A DNA stretch of 64,000 bases from an uncultured Gemmatimonadales bacterium. GTDB lineage: Bacteria > Gemmatimonadota > Gemmatimonadetes > Longimicrobiales > Longimicrobiaceae. Under the pieces are notes generated by a model. That model saw only the letters and a program-made list of their open reading frames with translations. It did no database searches and was not told where the DNA came from. Position numbers and translations under genes: made by a program. Of the stretch, positions 9,015 through 20,784 are shown piece by piece; within the stretch, counting starts at the first letter, position 1; each line of letters starts with the position of its first letter. The stretch covers positions 1,056,001-1,120,000 of the forward strand of contig OY970303.1 of NCBI GenBank assembly GCA_963716255.1, in the 5' to 3' direction.

Positions 9015-10885
9015 CTACGCCGTCTCGGCCGGGAGCGCACCGGCGGCGAGCCCCCGCTCGTCGCCGGCCGCGAACTGCATGTCGTGAAGGCGGCGGTAGG
9101 TGCCGCCGCGGGCCAGAAGCTCCTCGTGCGTGCCGCGCTCCACGATGCGGCCCGCGTCCATGACCACGATGTTGTCCGCGCGGCGCACGGTGGAAAGGCG
9201 GTGCGCGATCACCAGCACCGTCCGCCCCTCCATCACCTCGTCGATCGCCTGCTGCACCAGCCGCTCGCTTTCCGTGTCCAGCGCGCTGGTAGCCTCGTCC
9301 AGGATCAGCAGCGGCGGGTTGCGGAAGAGCGCCCGCGCGATCGCGATGCGCTGCCGCTGCCCCCCGAGAGCCGCGTCCCCTTCTCCCCCAGGACCGTGTC
9401 GTAGCCCTGCGGCATCGCCGCGATGAAGCCGTGCGCGTTGGCCGCGCGCGCCGCCGCCTCGATCCGCTCCTGCGGCGCGTCCTCCACCCCGTAGGCCACG
9501 TTGGAGCGCACCGTGTCGTGGAAGAGGATGGTCTCCTGCGTCACGATGCCCAGCAGGGCGCGCAGCTCCGCCAGGCGCAGGTCGCGCAGGTCCACGCCGT
9601 CCAGGGTGACCCGCCCCGCCGTGGGGTCGTGGAAGCGCGGCACCAGGTCCGCCAGCGTGCTCTTCCCCGCCCCGCTGGAGCCCACCAGCGCCACCACCTC
9701 GCCCGGGCGGATCTCCAGGTCAATGCCGCGCAGCACCGGCTGGCCGGGCGCGTACTCGAAGTCCACCCCCTCGAACCGGATCGCCTCGCGGAAGCCGCCC
9801 GCCGGGAGCGCGCCCGGGCGGTCGCGCACCTCCACCGGCGCGTCCACCAGCTCGAAGACCCGCTCCGCCGCCGCCAGCCCCGGCTGCACCTGCGCCGGGA
9901 ACTGCGCGATGAACTTGATCGGCGACATCAGCTTCCCCGCCATGACCAGCGCCGTCAGGAAGGCCGACGCCTCCAGCGAGCGCTCCTCCAGCACCAGGTA
10001 GCTGCCGTACCAGATCAGCCCCAGGATCGCCGTCGCCGTGATCATCTCCGTGGCCGGAGGGAAGAACTTGCGCCAGCGGTCGTTGCGGATCAGCGCCCGG
10101 TAGTGGCTCTGCGTGAGTCCGCGGAAGCGGCGCTCCTCCCACTCCTCCGCCCCCGACGCCTTCACCAGCCGGATCCCCCCCACCGTCTCCTGCACCTGCG
10201 AGGCCACCTCCCCCACCGCGTCCAGCACCCGCAGCACGCCCTTGCGCAGCCGCCTGCGGAAGCGCGCCCACAGCGCCAGCATGGGCGGCAGCGCCAGCAT
10301 CGCCACCAGCGTCAGCTTCCAGGAGATCCCCAGCAGGAAGAACAGGTACGCCGCCGTTTCCGCCGTCGACGAGAGCAGCTTGGACACGTTGCCCGTCACC
10401 AGCATGCGCATCTGGTCCACGTCCCCCGTCACCCGGGAGATGATCTGCCCCGCGCGCGTCCGCTGGAAGAAGGGGAGCCCCAGCCGCACCAGGTGCGAGT
10501 ACACGTGGTTGCGCAGGTCGCGCGTGACCCGCCCTTCCACCATGGAGATGGTGATCTCCTTGGCGTACAGGAACACGTTCTTGATCACGTAGATGCAGAA
10601 GAGCAGCACCACCACCTGCCGCAGCGCCTGCATGGGCGTGCCGCCCGCCACGAACCACCCCACCACCCCGTTCATCAGCCCCTGCACCCATCCGTCGCCC
10701 ACCCGCAGGATCTCCGCCGGGCCCACCACGCTCCCGCCCCCGCTGAACAGCACGTTGAGGAAGGGGATGAGCAGCGTGAACGACAGCGCGTCCAGCAGCG
10801 AGAACACCGTCATGCACCCGATGGACGCCGCGAACAGCCCCGCGTGCGGGCGGACGTAGCGCAGGATCCGCAGGTACAGCTTCAT
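9015..10885 (-). CDS. MsbA-like ABC exporter (TMD+NBD); one-base frameshift in a G-run at 9360-9365
   Basis: [14 protein letters not shown] start, TM helices and Walker A GSSGAGKS. The signature [14 protein letters not shown] is split between frames (G6 where G7 is needed), followed by [10 protein letters not shown] and IAHRLST. Confidence 0.88.
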
Positions 10886-12441
10886 CGCGGCGTCAGCAGC
10901 GCGACGGGAAGCACCATCTCCTCGGGGCTGATGCCGCCGTGCAGGAAGCTGCCGCGGTAGCGCGCCTGGTACTGCCGCAGCTTGGTGGGATAGACGAAGA
11001 ACACGTCCTCCATGGCCAGCAGGTAGTTGGTCGCCGCGCGTCCCTGCGGAAAGCGCAGCGTCCGCTCGTCGTTGGTGGAGAACGCCAGCGACGGGTCCTC
11101 CGCGCGCAGGTCGTCGCCGAACTTGTAGCGCAGGTTCTGCGTGGTGTCGCGCTTCGCGAACACCGTCGCCGGGCGGTGGCAGTGGATGGAGCCGTGGTCC
11201 GTGGTCAGCAGCACCGGCACCCCCTGGCGCAGCGCCTCGCGGATCGCCACCAGCGCCTCCGAGCGCTCGAACCACTGGCGCGTCAGCGCACGCAGCGCCT
11301 CCTTGTCGCGCGCCACCTCCCACAGCACCGTGCTTTCCGAGCGCCCGTGGGTGAGCAGGTCCACGAAGTTGAAGACCATGGCCGTCACCCCCGGCTGCGA
11401 CAGGTACGCCGGGAGCCGGCGCACCGCCGCCTCCCCGTCCCCCGAGGCGAAGATCTTCTCGTAGTGCACCGGGAACGAGTGCCCCAGGATGCGGGCCACC
11501 TGCTCCTCCAGCAATTCCCGCTCGAAGGCGTTCAGGCTCCCCTCGTTGTCGCCGCCCCACCACCCCGGGTGCCCCTCCGCGATGCGGTCCGGGTACACCC
11601 CCGAGAAGATGGCGTTGCGCGAGAACGGCGTGGCCGTGGGGAGGATGGAGTAGTAGAGCGCCTCCTCCACCTCCGCGTACGGCGTCAGCAGCGGGAGGAT
11701 CACCCGCCACTGGTCCAGGCGCAGGCAGTCGATCACCACGAACAGCACCGTCTTCCCCTCCCCCATGAGCGGGGCGAGGAACTGCGGCACCACGTCCACC
11801 GAAAGGGTGGGGCGGTCGCGGCCGCCGTTCACCCACTCCGCGTAGTTGCTCGCCACGAACTGGCAGAACTCGCGGCGGAAGTCGTCCAGCAGCGTTTCCA
11901 GCGACGAGAGCAGCCCCACCTCGCCCGCCTGCCGCAGGCGCAGTTCCCAGTCCACCAGCTCCGAGTACGTCTCGCCCCACTCGCGCCACCCGCGGGGGAC
12001 GCTTCGCTGCGCGTTCAGCTCGCGGAAGCGGAGCGTGAAGTCGCGCGCCACGAACTGCTGCTGCAGCGCCTGCCCCTCCAGCAGCCGCGTCACCACCGAA
12101 AGCACCTGGCGCGGCGAGGTGGGCTTGACGAGGTAGTCCGCCACCCGCCGGCCGATGGCCTCGGTCATGGTGCGGTCCTCCTCGCTCTTGGTCACCATCA
12201 CCACGGGGACGCGCGCGTCCACCCGGCGGATCTCGTCCAGCACCTCCATCCCCGTCCGGCCGGGCATCTGCTCGTCCAGGAGGATCAGGTCGTACGTCGA
12301 CATCCGCAGCAGCTCCAGGGCGTCGTCCCCGTTGGAGACGGCGTCCACGTGGTATCCGCGCCCCTGCACGAAGAGCAGGTGCGGGCGCAGCAGGTCGATT
12401 TCGTCGTCCACCCAGAGCAGACGCTTCACGGGAGCAGGCAT
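10882..12441 (-). CDS. PorX-like response regulator (REC + PglZ/alkaline phosphatase-superfamily domain)
   Basis: LLWVDDE...LILLDEQMP receiver domain; VIDCLR, ILPTATPFSRNAIF, TTDHG and HGGIS PglZ motifs. Confidence 0.88.
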   Translation of the reverse strand: MPAPVKRLLWVDDEIDLLRPHLLFVQGRGYHVDAVSNGDDALELLRMSTYDLILLDEQMPGRTGMEVLDEIRRVDARVPVVMVTKSEEDRTMTEAIGRRVADYLVKPTSPRQVLSVVTRLLEGQALQQQFVARDFTLRFRELNAQRSVPRGWREWGETYSELVDWELRLRQAGEVGLLSSLETLLDDFRREFCQFVASNYAEWVNGGRDRPTLSVDVVPQFLAPLMGEGKTVLFVVIDCLRLDQWRVILPLLTPYAEVEEALYYSILPTATPFSRNAIFSGVYPDRIAEGHPGWWGGDNEGSLNAFERELLEEQVARILGHSFPVHYEKIFASGDGEAAVRRLPAYLSQPGVTAMVFNFVDLLTHGRSESTVLWEVARDKEALRALTRQWFERSEALVAIREALRQGVPVLLTTDHGSIHCHRPATVFAKRDTTQNLRYKFGDDLRAEDPSLAFSTNDERTLRFPQGRAATNYLLAMEDVFFVYPTKLRQYQARYRGSFLHGGISPEEMVLPVALLTPR

Positions 12442-12449
12442 AGCCGGGA

Positions 12450-12478
12450 AAGCTATCCGCCGGTGGGGGGCGGGTCAA
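12450..12478 (-). promoter_or_regulatory. Sigma70-type promoter TTGACC-N17-TAGCTT, 8 nt before the ATG (probably leaderless mRNA)
   Basis: Exact 17-nt spacing; no Shine-Dalgarno sequence between the -10 box and the ATG. Confidence 0.55.
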
Positions 12479-12507
12479 CGCGGGGTCCTTGCGATTGTGC
12501 GTCGTGG

Positions 12508-12637
12508 ACGGGCCGCTACGGAGCCGGACGATACAGCCGTCCGTCTCCTCCGCGGGCTCGGCGAGCCCCCGCAAACAGCCGCGGGGTCTCACCTCGCCGG
12601 AGGGAGCCTCGCCAAACAGCCGGCGAGTCTCCCTCCG
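12508..12637 (-). repeat. Structured intergenic repeat family B, copy 1
   Basis: Reverse complement of 18309-18436. Confidence 0.85.
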
Positions 12638-12679
12638 TCACAGCATCCTTGGATACGACGAAAACGGCGAAAACAAAAA

Positions 12680-12785
12680 GCCCTCCCCCAGCATTGGGGG
12701 AGGGTGGCGAGCCTCGAGCGAGCCGGGGGGGGCCGTCGTGCCGTGCTTCCCTCAACCTTGCGGGGAGGGGCCGGGGGAGGGGGTC
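12680..12785. repeat. REP-like palindromes (family C) after the sigma factor gene
   Basis: ccctcccccagcattgggggagggtggcgagcctcgagcgagccggg; inverted near-copy at 14870-14925. Confidence 0.75.
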
Positions 12786-12820
12786 GCCGGTGCCGGCTGT
12801 TCCCCGTTCCCTGCCGTTCC

Positions 12821-13678
12821 CTAGCTCAGGTACGTTTCCAGGAACCGGGCGCGGCTCTGGTGGCGCAGGCGCAGCAGCGCTTTTTCCTTGATCTGGCGGA
12901 CGCGCTCGCGCGTGATGCCGAACATCTCGCCGATCTGCTCCAGCGTCATGGGCTCCGTGTCGCCCAGACCGAAGTACAGGCGGAGGACCTTCGCCTCGCG
13001 CTCGGTGAGGGTCGAGAGCGCCTCGTCGATGGTGCGCTTCAGCGCCTGGCCGTACACCTCGTCGTCGGGACCGGCGGCGCCGTTGTCGGAAAGGTAGTCC
13101 AGGAGCTGCCCGTCCTCCCCGGCCACCAGGGGGGCGTCCAGCGAAAGGTGCACCTGCGACATGGCCAGCGTGTGGCTGATCTCGTCGGCGGGAAGGTCCA
13201 GCTCGCCGGCGATCTCCTCCAGGGTGGGCTCGCGCCCCAGCTCCTGCGTCAGCGCCGAGGAGCGCTTGCCGATGCGGTGCACCGCGCCCGCGCGGCTCAG
13301 CGGCACCCGCACGATGCGGGACTGCTCGGCCAGCGCCTGGAGGATCGCCTGGCGGATCCACCACACGGCGTAGGAGATGAACTTGATTCCCTTGGTCTCG
13401 TCGAACTTCCGCGCCGCCCGGATCAGGCCGATGTTGCCCTCGTTGATCAGGTCCGCGAGGGAAACGCCCTGGTTCTGGTACTTCTTCGCCACCGCCACCA
13501 CGAACCGCAGGTTGGAGCGCACCAGCGTCTCCAGCGCCAGGTCCTCGCCGTCGCGGATGCGCTGTGCGAGCGACGCCTCCACCTCGCGGCCGATCAGCGG
13601 GTACTGGCTGATCTCCCGGAGGTACTGGTCCAGCGACTCCGATTCTACGGAAATCTTCTTGGGCGAGCGAATGCTCAT
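12821..13678 (-). CDS. RNA polymerase sigma-70 family factor (RpoD/RpoS-like, lacking region 1.1)
   Basis: YLREI, NLRFVVAVAKKY, DLINEGNIGLIRA, KFISYAVWWIRQAI and TRERVRQI motifs. Confidence 0.95.
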   Translation of the reverse strand: MSIRSPKKISVESESLDQYLREISQYPLIGREVEASLAQRIRDGEDLALETLVRSNLRFVVAVAKKYQNQGVSLADLINEGNIGLIRAARKFDETKGIKFISYAVWWIRQAILQALAEQSRIVRVPLSRAGAVHRIGKRSSALTQELGREPTLEEIAGELDLPADEISHTLAMSQVHLSLDAPLVAGEDGQLLDYLSDNGAAGPDDEVYGQALKRTIDEALSTLTEREAKVLRLYFGLGDTEPMTLEQIGEMFGITRERVRQIKEKALLRLRHQSRARFLETYLS

Positions 13679-13842
13679 GCGGGCGCTCCGGAGTGGAAAC
13701 CGACGCGGAGGCGTGTGGGCGCGGAGGGACCGGCGCGCGGTACGGCCAGTGAGGGCGCTGAGTGGTCCGAAGGAACCGGCCCGAAAGGAAAGACACGCGT
13801 TTGAAGCGGCGGCCCGCTAGGGCGGCGGGGCCACGCGAGTGG

Positions 13843-13871
13843 AGTATGGAAAACCCGCCCGCAAGTGTCAA
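13843..13871 (-). promoter_or_regulatory. Sigma70 promoter TTGACA-N17-CATACT for the sigma factor gene
   Basis: Consensus -35, 17-nt spacer, near-consensus -10. Confidence 0.6.
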
Positions 13872-13912
13872 CCCCCGGCCGAAAATGTTTCCGGCCGGGG
13901 GTCGCTCTTCTG

Positions 13913-14710
13913 TCAGTGGATCAGGCTTCCAAGCCGCGCCCACCTCACCCCGGTCACCCAGGGCAGCGGGGCGGCGAGGTTGCTCTCGAAGGAGTAGTAC
14001 ACCAGGATGGGCCGCCCCTTGATGGACTCCTTGTCGATGAACCCCCAGTAGCGGGAGTCCTCGGAGTTGTCGCGGTTGTCCCCCAGGGTGAAGAACTTGC
14101 CCTCCGGCACCTCGATGGGCCCCCAGTTGTCGCGGCTGGGCCGGTAGCTGCGCCGCGCCTGGCGGTCGCCCACCAGGTACGACAGCTGCCACATCATCTG
14201 CGGGTCGCTGGGGTCGGTGATGGGGTCGATGTGGCGCACGTACGGCTCCGGGAGCGGCTGGCCGTTGCGGTACAGCACCTTGTCGTGCATCTCCAGGGTG
14301 TCGCCCGGGAGACCCACCAGCCGCTTGACGTAGTTCTTGGACGGGTCGTGGGGCGGCAGGAAGACGATCACGTCGCCCCGCTGCGGCTCGGCGAAGGCGG
14401 GGAAGCGCGTGTGCGTCCCCGGCACCTCGGCCCCGTACACGGCCTTGTTCACCAGCAGGAAGTCGCCCACCAGGAGCGTGCCCTCCATGGAGCCCGTGGG
14501 GATCTTGAACGCCTCCACCACGAAGGTGCGGATGGTGAGGAAGAGCAGGACCGCGGTGGAGATCGCCTTGAACCACTCCCACATCCACCGCCCGGTGGAG
14601 ATGGAGCCCCGGCTCTCGTCCGCAGTCTTGCGCCTCTCGTCGAAGGCCCGCTCGGAAAGGACCCGCGGCTGCGGATGGTCGCCCGGCGGTCCGTAGGGAG
14701 TGCTGTCCAT
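13913..14710 (-). CDS. lepB: Signal peptidase I
   Basis: IPTGSMEGTL, YVKRLVGLPGD and LGDNRDNSEDSRYWG motifs. Confidence 0.93.
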   Translation of the reverse strand: MDSTPYGPPGDHPQPRVLSERAFDERRKTADESRGSISTGRWMWEWFKAISTAVLLFLTIRTFVVEAFKIPTGSMEGTLLVGDFLLVNKAVYGAEVPGTHTRFPAFAEPQRGDVIVFLPPHDPSKNYVKRLVGLPGDTLEMHDKVLYRNGQPLPEPYVRHIDPITDPSDPQMMWQLSYLVGDRQARRSYRPSRDNWGPIEVPEGKFFTLGDNRDNSEDSRYWGFIDKESIKGRPILVYYSFESNLAAPLPWVTGVRWARLGSLIH

Positions 14711-14957
14711 AAGCCTCGACCCGCGCGGGAGGCGCGTGTGGCGATGATGCAGGGAGGCACGCCGGAGCGTGCGTACGTCCGTTCCTACCCTGCGGAAGGG
14801 AAACGCGTTCCGTGGGATACGCGGCGCGAGGTCCACAGGTTTCGGACCGGGGGGAGGACGGCCCGGCTGCCCTCACCCGGCTCGCTCGAGGCTCGCCACC
14901 CTCTCCCGATTCCGGGAGAGGGGGCGACGACAGGAAATTCAGGTACGGCGGGGAGTC

Positions 14958-15087
14958 GCGTGAGGGATTTCGGCCCGAAGGGGCGAGACCCGACAGCAGT
15001 ATCGTCGGGGCTCGACTCCGTTACGCACAGTTTTATCGTGCGTTACGGAGCCGAAGCCCGACCCCGGCGCCAGCCGGGGGCACGCCC
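14958..15087 (+). repeat. Structured intergenic repeat family A, copy 3
   Basis: Aligns with copy 1. Confidence 0.9.
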
Positions 15088-15101
15088 GAACCGGCGGTTG
15101 C

Positions 15102-16601
15102 TCAGTACGGCGACGCGTCGTAGTTGTCGATCTGCGCCCGCTGAAGCTTCCCCGAGTAGTCCAGGTAGCAGACCTTGGTCTCGGAGTAGAACTCGTACAC
15201 TTCCCAGCCGCCCTCGCGGTGCCCGTTCCCCGTCTGCTTGACACCGCCGAAGGGGAGGTGCGCCTCGGCCCCGATGGTGGGCGCGTTGACGTAGGTGATG
15301 CCGTTGTCCAGCTCCTGGAAGGCGCGGAACGAGGCGATGTTGTCGCGCGTGTAGATGGACGAGCTGAGGCCGTACTTGACCTCGTTGTTGATGCGGATGG
15401 CCTCGTCCAGGTCCGAGAAGCGGATCACGGAAAGCACCGGGCCGAAGATCTCCTCGGTGGCCATGCGCGAGCCCGGCTTCACGTCCGTGAAGATGGTGGG
15501 CTGGAAGAAGAAGCCGTCGTCCACGCCCTCGCCCGTGGGCCGCTCGCCGCCGAGCGCCAGCGTGGCCTCCTGCTTCCCGATCTCCACGTACTGCTCCACC
15601 TTGTCGCGCGAGGCGGCGTGGATCAGCGGGCCCACGTCCACGCCCTCGTCCAGCCCGTAGCCCAGCTTGAGCTCCCTGGCCCGGCCGACGAGGCGCTCCA
15701 CGAAGCGGTCGTGGATGCCGTCCTGGAGGAGCAGCCGCGAGGTGGCGGTGCAGCGCTGCCCGGTAGTGCCGAAGGCGCCCCACAGCACGCCGTCGAGCGC
15801 CAGGTCCAGGTCGGCGTCGTCCATGACGATCTGGGCGTTCTTGCCGCCCATCTCCAGCGACAGGCGCTTGTGCATGCGCCCGCACGCTTCGCCGATGTGC
15901 GACCCGGTCTCGGTGGAGCCGGTGAAGGAGATGACGGGGATCCCCGGATGGTTGGTGATGGCGGCGCCCACCTCCTCGCCCAGGCCGTGGACCAGGTTGA
16001 CGACGCCCGCGGGGATGCCGGCCTCTTCCATGATCTCCACCAGCAGCGACACCGTGTGCGGGGTGTCCTCGGCGGGCTTGATGATCACGCTGTTCCCGCA
16101 CACCAGCGCCGGGAACATCTTCCAGGTGGGGATGGCGAGCGGGAAGTTGAACGGGGTGATGAGCCCGCACACGCCGATGGGGCGGCGGTAGCTCATCGCC
16201 CACTTGTTGCGCAGCTCGGAGGGAACGGTGTGTCCGAAGAGGCGGCGCCCCTCGACGCCGGCGTAGTACGCGGTGTCGATCCCCTCCTGCACGTCGCCGC
16301 GGGTCTCGGTGAGCACCTTGCCCATCTCGCGCGTGGCGGCCCGGGCGACCTCGTCCTTTCGCGCGGTGAGCAGGTCGCCCACCTTCCGCAGCACGTCGCC
16401 GCGGGCGGGCGCGGGGGTGGCGCGCCACTCGGCAAAGCCCTTCTGCGCGGCCTCCACGGCGCGGTCCACGTCCTCCTTGCCGGAGCGCGGCCACAGACCG
16501 ATCAGGTCGCTCTGCTTGGCCGGGTTCCGGTTCTCGAAGTACTCGCCGGTCGAGGGCTCCACCCACTGGCCGCCGATGAAGTTCTTGAACTTGTCCGCCA
16601 T
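15102..16601 (-). CDS. Aldehyde dehydrogenase family protein
   Basis: ITPFNFP, FTGSTETG, LEMGGKN, GQRCTA and EEIFGPV motifs; start MADKFKNFIGG. Confidence 0.95.
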   Translation of the reverse strand: MADKFKNFIGGQWVEPSTGEYFENRNPAKQSDLIGLWPRSGKEDVDRAVEAAQKGFAEWRATPAPARGDVLRKVGDLLTARKDEVARAATREMGKVLTETRGDVQEGIDTAYYAGVEGRRLFGHTVPSELRNKWAMSYRRPIGVCGLITPFNFPLAIPTWKMFPALVCGNSVIIKPAEDTPHTVSLLVEIMEEAGIPAGVVNLVHGLGEEVGAAITNHPGIPVISFTGSTETGSHIGEACGRMHKRLSLEMGGKNAQIVMDDADLDLALDGVLWGAFGTTGQRCTATSRLLLQDGIHDRFVERLVGRARELKLGYGLDEGVDVGPLIHAASRDKVEQYVEIGKQEATLALGGERPTGEGVDDGFFFQPTIFTDVKPGSRMATEEIFGPVLSVIRFSDLDEAIRINNEVKYGLSSSIYTRDNIASFRAFQELDNGITYVNAPTIGAEAHLPFGGVKQTGNGHREGGWEVYEFYSETKVCYLDYSGKLQRAQIDNYDASPY

Positions 16602-16799
16602 CTCGTCCTCGTTGGTATTTCGAACGGAGTGTGTGGCTGCTGGAAGCCGGGGAATGTAGGGCTGCGGGGGCGGGCTGCCAACCTGTGGCGCATCGCGTTC
16701 CCCCGCGTCCGCACCCGGACGCCGTGCCGGAGAATGTAACCATCGGCGCAAGACGGGGAGCCCGACGCCGCGCGAAGCCCCTCCCCCGCACCGCATCCG

Positions 16800-18063
16800 A
16801 TCAATCCGCATTTCGAGGGTCCAGCGATTATCAGCGCCGATGTTCGAGGCGCCATCGCTGACGGAGTGACCGACAATACCGCCGTCATTCAACACGCGAT
16901 CGATTACTTAGTGGAACTCGGTGGGGGAACCCTTCGACTCGGTCCGGGAGTCTTTTTTTTGCCTCGCCCAGTTGGCATGGGATGGAGCGCCAATCACGCT
17001 CCAGGGCGCCGGAGCTTCCGTTCAGCCCGGAGTTGGAACTGTTTTGAAATTCCCTGCTGGACTCGATGGGGCAATAAAAATTCAGAATGGCTTGGCCGGG
17101 CGCGGGGGGAATAGCCAGATACGCGACCTTGTCGTGGAAGGCTCGGGCACAATCCCGGTAAGCGATGAGAATGCTGAGCTAGGCATAGGCGCAGGGCTAG
17201 TCATACAGGCAAATGCCACCAAGGTGAGCAACGTGATCGTACGGCAATTTGAAGGGAATGGATGCTACGTGCTGAGCGGTCTGGACAACGTAGTTTCCGG
17301 CGAGAACGCCAACAATTGCTTGTTCCTGGGACTTCAGTGCCGCAACAATCTCCAGAATGGCCTGGCGATAGCTGGGTTTGACAGTAACGCTTGCTGCATT
17401 ATCAAACTAGATAGTACGGACAACGGCCAATTCGGTGTTTACGAGCACAGCATTTTAGGGAATGCGTATTACAGCCCCCATTTTTCTGGAAACGCTGCTG
17501 GGCCGATTCGCATTGGCTCCAGGTCTGGGTATAATCGATTCTATGCTGTCTACAAAGAAGCCGGAACGGCTCTCGCTCTCCAGCTCGATGCCCCCGGCTC
17601 CGGACAAAATTATGTAGATTTCATGGTGGCTGAGGGAACAGGGGTGGACCCTGCCAACATCACCATCACTGATAACACGCTATCAGAAAATAATATAGTA
17701 GTTGTGAAAGGAACAACGTCCAGAGGCCAATTCGGCGGCAGTGCTGGCGCAACTGGCACCGTAAGTATCCAGGACCTGCTTCTCTTGCTCACAAACGGAG
17801 GTGTACTGCAGCTGCAGGACAATCCGTTGACCGCGATTTGGCAGATGTTTGTCCACAACGGTATTCTGCAACTTGTCAGCGCATCTCAAAATCGAATGAT
17901 CACAAATGCGATTCAATCTCAGGGTGGCGTTGGCATGTTCAACACGAATCCCCCTACCAATAAGCCCTCCGTCACAGGATCACGAGGAAACAATGACGCG
18001 CTGACGAACCTGCTCGCTGCCGTGGCCAGCTTTGGCATGATTGCAGACAATACCACCGCTTGA
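16800..18063 (+). pseudogene. Right-handed beta-helix (pectate lyase 3 / phage tailspike-like) protein; frameshift at T8 16953-16960, no clear start codon
   Basis: GAIADGVTDNTAVIQHAID...GGGTLRLGPG in one frame joins FCLAQL...ITLQGAG in the next. Asn/Gly-rich repeats follow. Visibly lower GC than the flanks. Confidence 0.65.
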
Positions 18064-18308
18064 GGCCAGGAGAGAGGTAGTTCCTGACTCACGAAGCACC
18101 CGCAATCAGCCGGGGCTGGAGGAAAAACCACGTTTGGCATGCGGCGGCGACAAATGCTTCGGTCTGTATACGACTACAAACCTCCTCCCCGGCTCCCACT
18201 GTCGGATGAGAGCTTTCTCACTTCATCTCTCGCCACCCCAAAGAAATTCGGGGTTTTTCTCGTCTTAGTTGCCGTTCGCCGTTCCCGCAGTACCCCTCAA
18301 AATAGGTG

Positions 18309-18436
18309 CGGAGGGAGACTCGCCGGCTGTTTGGCGAGGCTCACTCCGGCGAAGGGAGACCCGGGGCCGTTTCCGGGGCTCCCGGAGCCCGCGCAGGAGA
18401 CGGACGGCCGTATCGTCCAGCTCCGGAGCGGCCCGT
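18309..18436 (+). repeat. Structured intergenic repeat family B, copy 2
   Basis: cggagggagactcgccggctgtttggcgaggctc...gagacccggggccgtttccggggctc...ggacggccgtatcgtcc. Confidence 0.85.
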
Positions 18437-18461
18437 AGAACCTAACCGAAGCGGGAAGAGG

Positions 18462-18650
18462 TCACACCAAACCCCACCCCATGACCAGCGCCGCCGAGCC
18501 GGCCAGCACCATGCTCCACATGGCCCACAGCTTGTAGAACGCCAGCTCCGGGTGCAGCCGCTTATACAGCCACGCCAGTACCCACCCGCCCCCGAACGCC
18601 CCCAGCAGCCACGCGGCCGCCACGATCAGCCATCCCACCCAGGTCGGCAC
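18462..18650 (-). CDS. Small two-TM membrane protein
   Basis: 62 aa, two hydrophobic Trp-rich segments, directly after the regulator stop. Confidence 0.55.
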   Translation of the reverse strand: MPTWVGWLIVAAAWLLGAFGGGWVLAWLYKRLHPELAFYKLWAMWSMVLAGSAALVMGWGLV

Positions 18651-18656
18651 GGCGCG

Positions 18657-20018
<1,362 letters not shown>

Positions 20019-20059
20019 TTCAGTCGTCGTCGTGGGAGTCGGGACTCGGGGTGGGCGCT

Positions 20060-20686
20060 TCAGGGCCGGGGCGTGAGGACGAGCTCGCCGCGCTCCACGC
20101 GGGCGGCGCCGACGCCTGCCGGGAGCGGGAAAGCGTACGCGCTGGGGGACAGGCCGGGCTCGTCGCGCCGCCCCATCCGCTCCAGCGCCTGCGGGTACAT
20201 GCGGTCGGGGACGGGGATGCCGGCGAAGGTGATGCGCTGCACCTCGAAGGCGGCGCGCCCGTCGGCCAGCGGCGCGAGCTTCCCCACGATGTCCACGTCG
20301 GCGGTGTCGGGGAGGAAGGCGCGCGCGGCGCCCAGCTCCGGCACGTCCGGGAGGCGGTCGCTGGGGACCCGCGCCATGAGCTGCACCGTGTCGCCGCGGA
20401 AGGAGACGGCGGGCGACTCCAGGTCGCCGGGGATGCGGTCGCGCAGACGGTAGCGCATCAGGCTGGTGAACTCCACGTCGCTCAGGCGCACGGTCTCGCC
20501 GTCGCTGGCCAGGCGCGCCAGCTTCTCCTCGGCCTGCGCGGCGGCCTCCTGCGACACCGCCGTGGCCTCGGGGCGGCCGCCGCCCAGCAGGCTCGTGATC
20601 GTGTCCCGGAAGAGCCATGCTCCCCCGGCCAGCAGCAGCACCACCAGCAGTCCGGCCAGCAGGCCGCCCCCGCGTCGCCTCGCCAT
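20060..20686 (-). CDS. Hypothetical protein with an N-terminal membrane anchor
   Basis: MARRRGGGLLAGLLVVLLLAGGAWLF followed by a soluble domain; GC3-rich frame. Confidence 0.7.
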   Translation of the reverse strand: MARRRGGGLLAGLLVVLLLAGGAWLFRDTITSLLGGGRPEATAVSQEAAAQAEEKLARLASDGETVRLSDVEFTSLMRYRLRDRIPGDLESPAVSFRGDTVQLMARVPSDRLPDVPELGAARAFLPDTADVDIVGKLAPLADGRAAFEVQRITFAGIPVPDRMYPQALERMGRRDEPGLSPSAYAFPLPAGVGAARVERGELVLTPRP

Positions 20687-20784
20687 GCACTTTCCTCCGC
20701 TCGGGTCGTTTCCCGGCTCGTTCGCGCGGGAGTCTTCAGGGACTGTTGTAACAGCGAAGGCCACGGTCGGTTCCGTGGCCCCCT

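Noticed and set aside
16800..18300. Prophage
   Set aside because: Only one phage-like gene; no integrase, structural genes or att repeats seen
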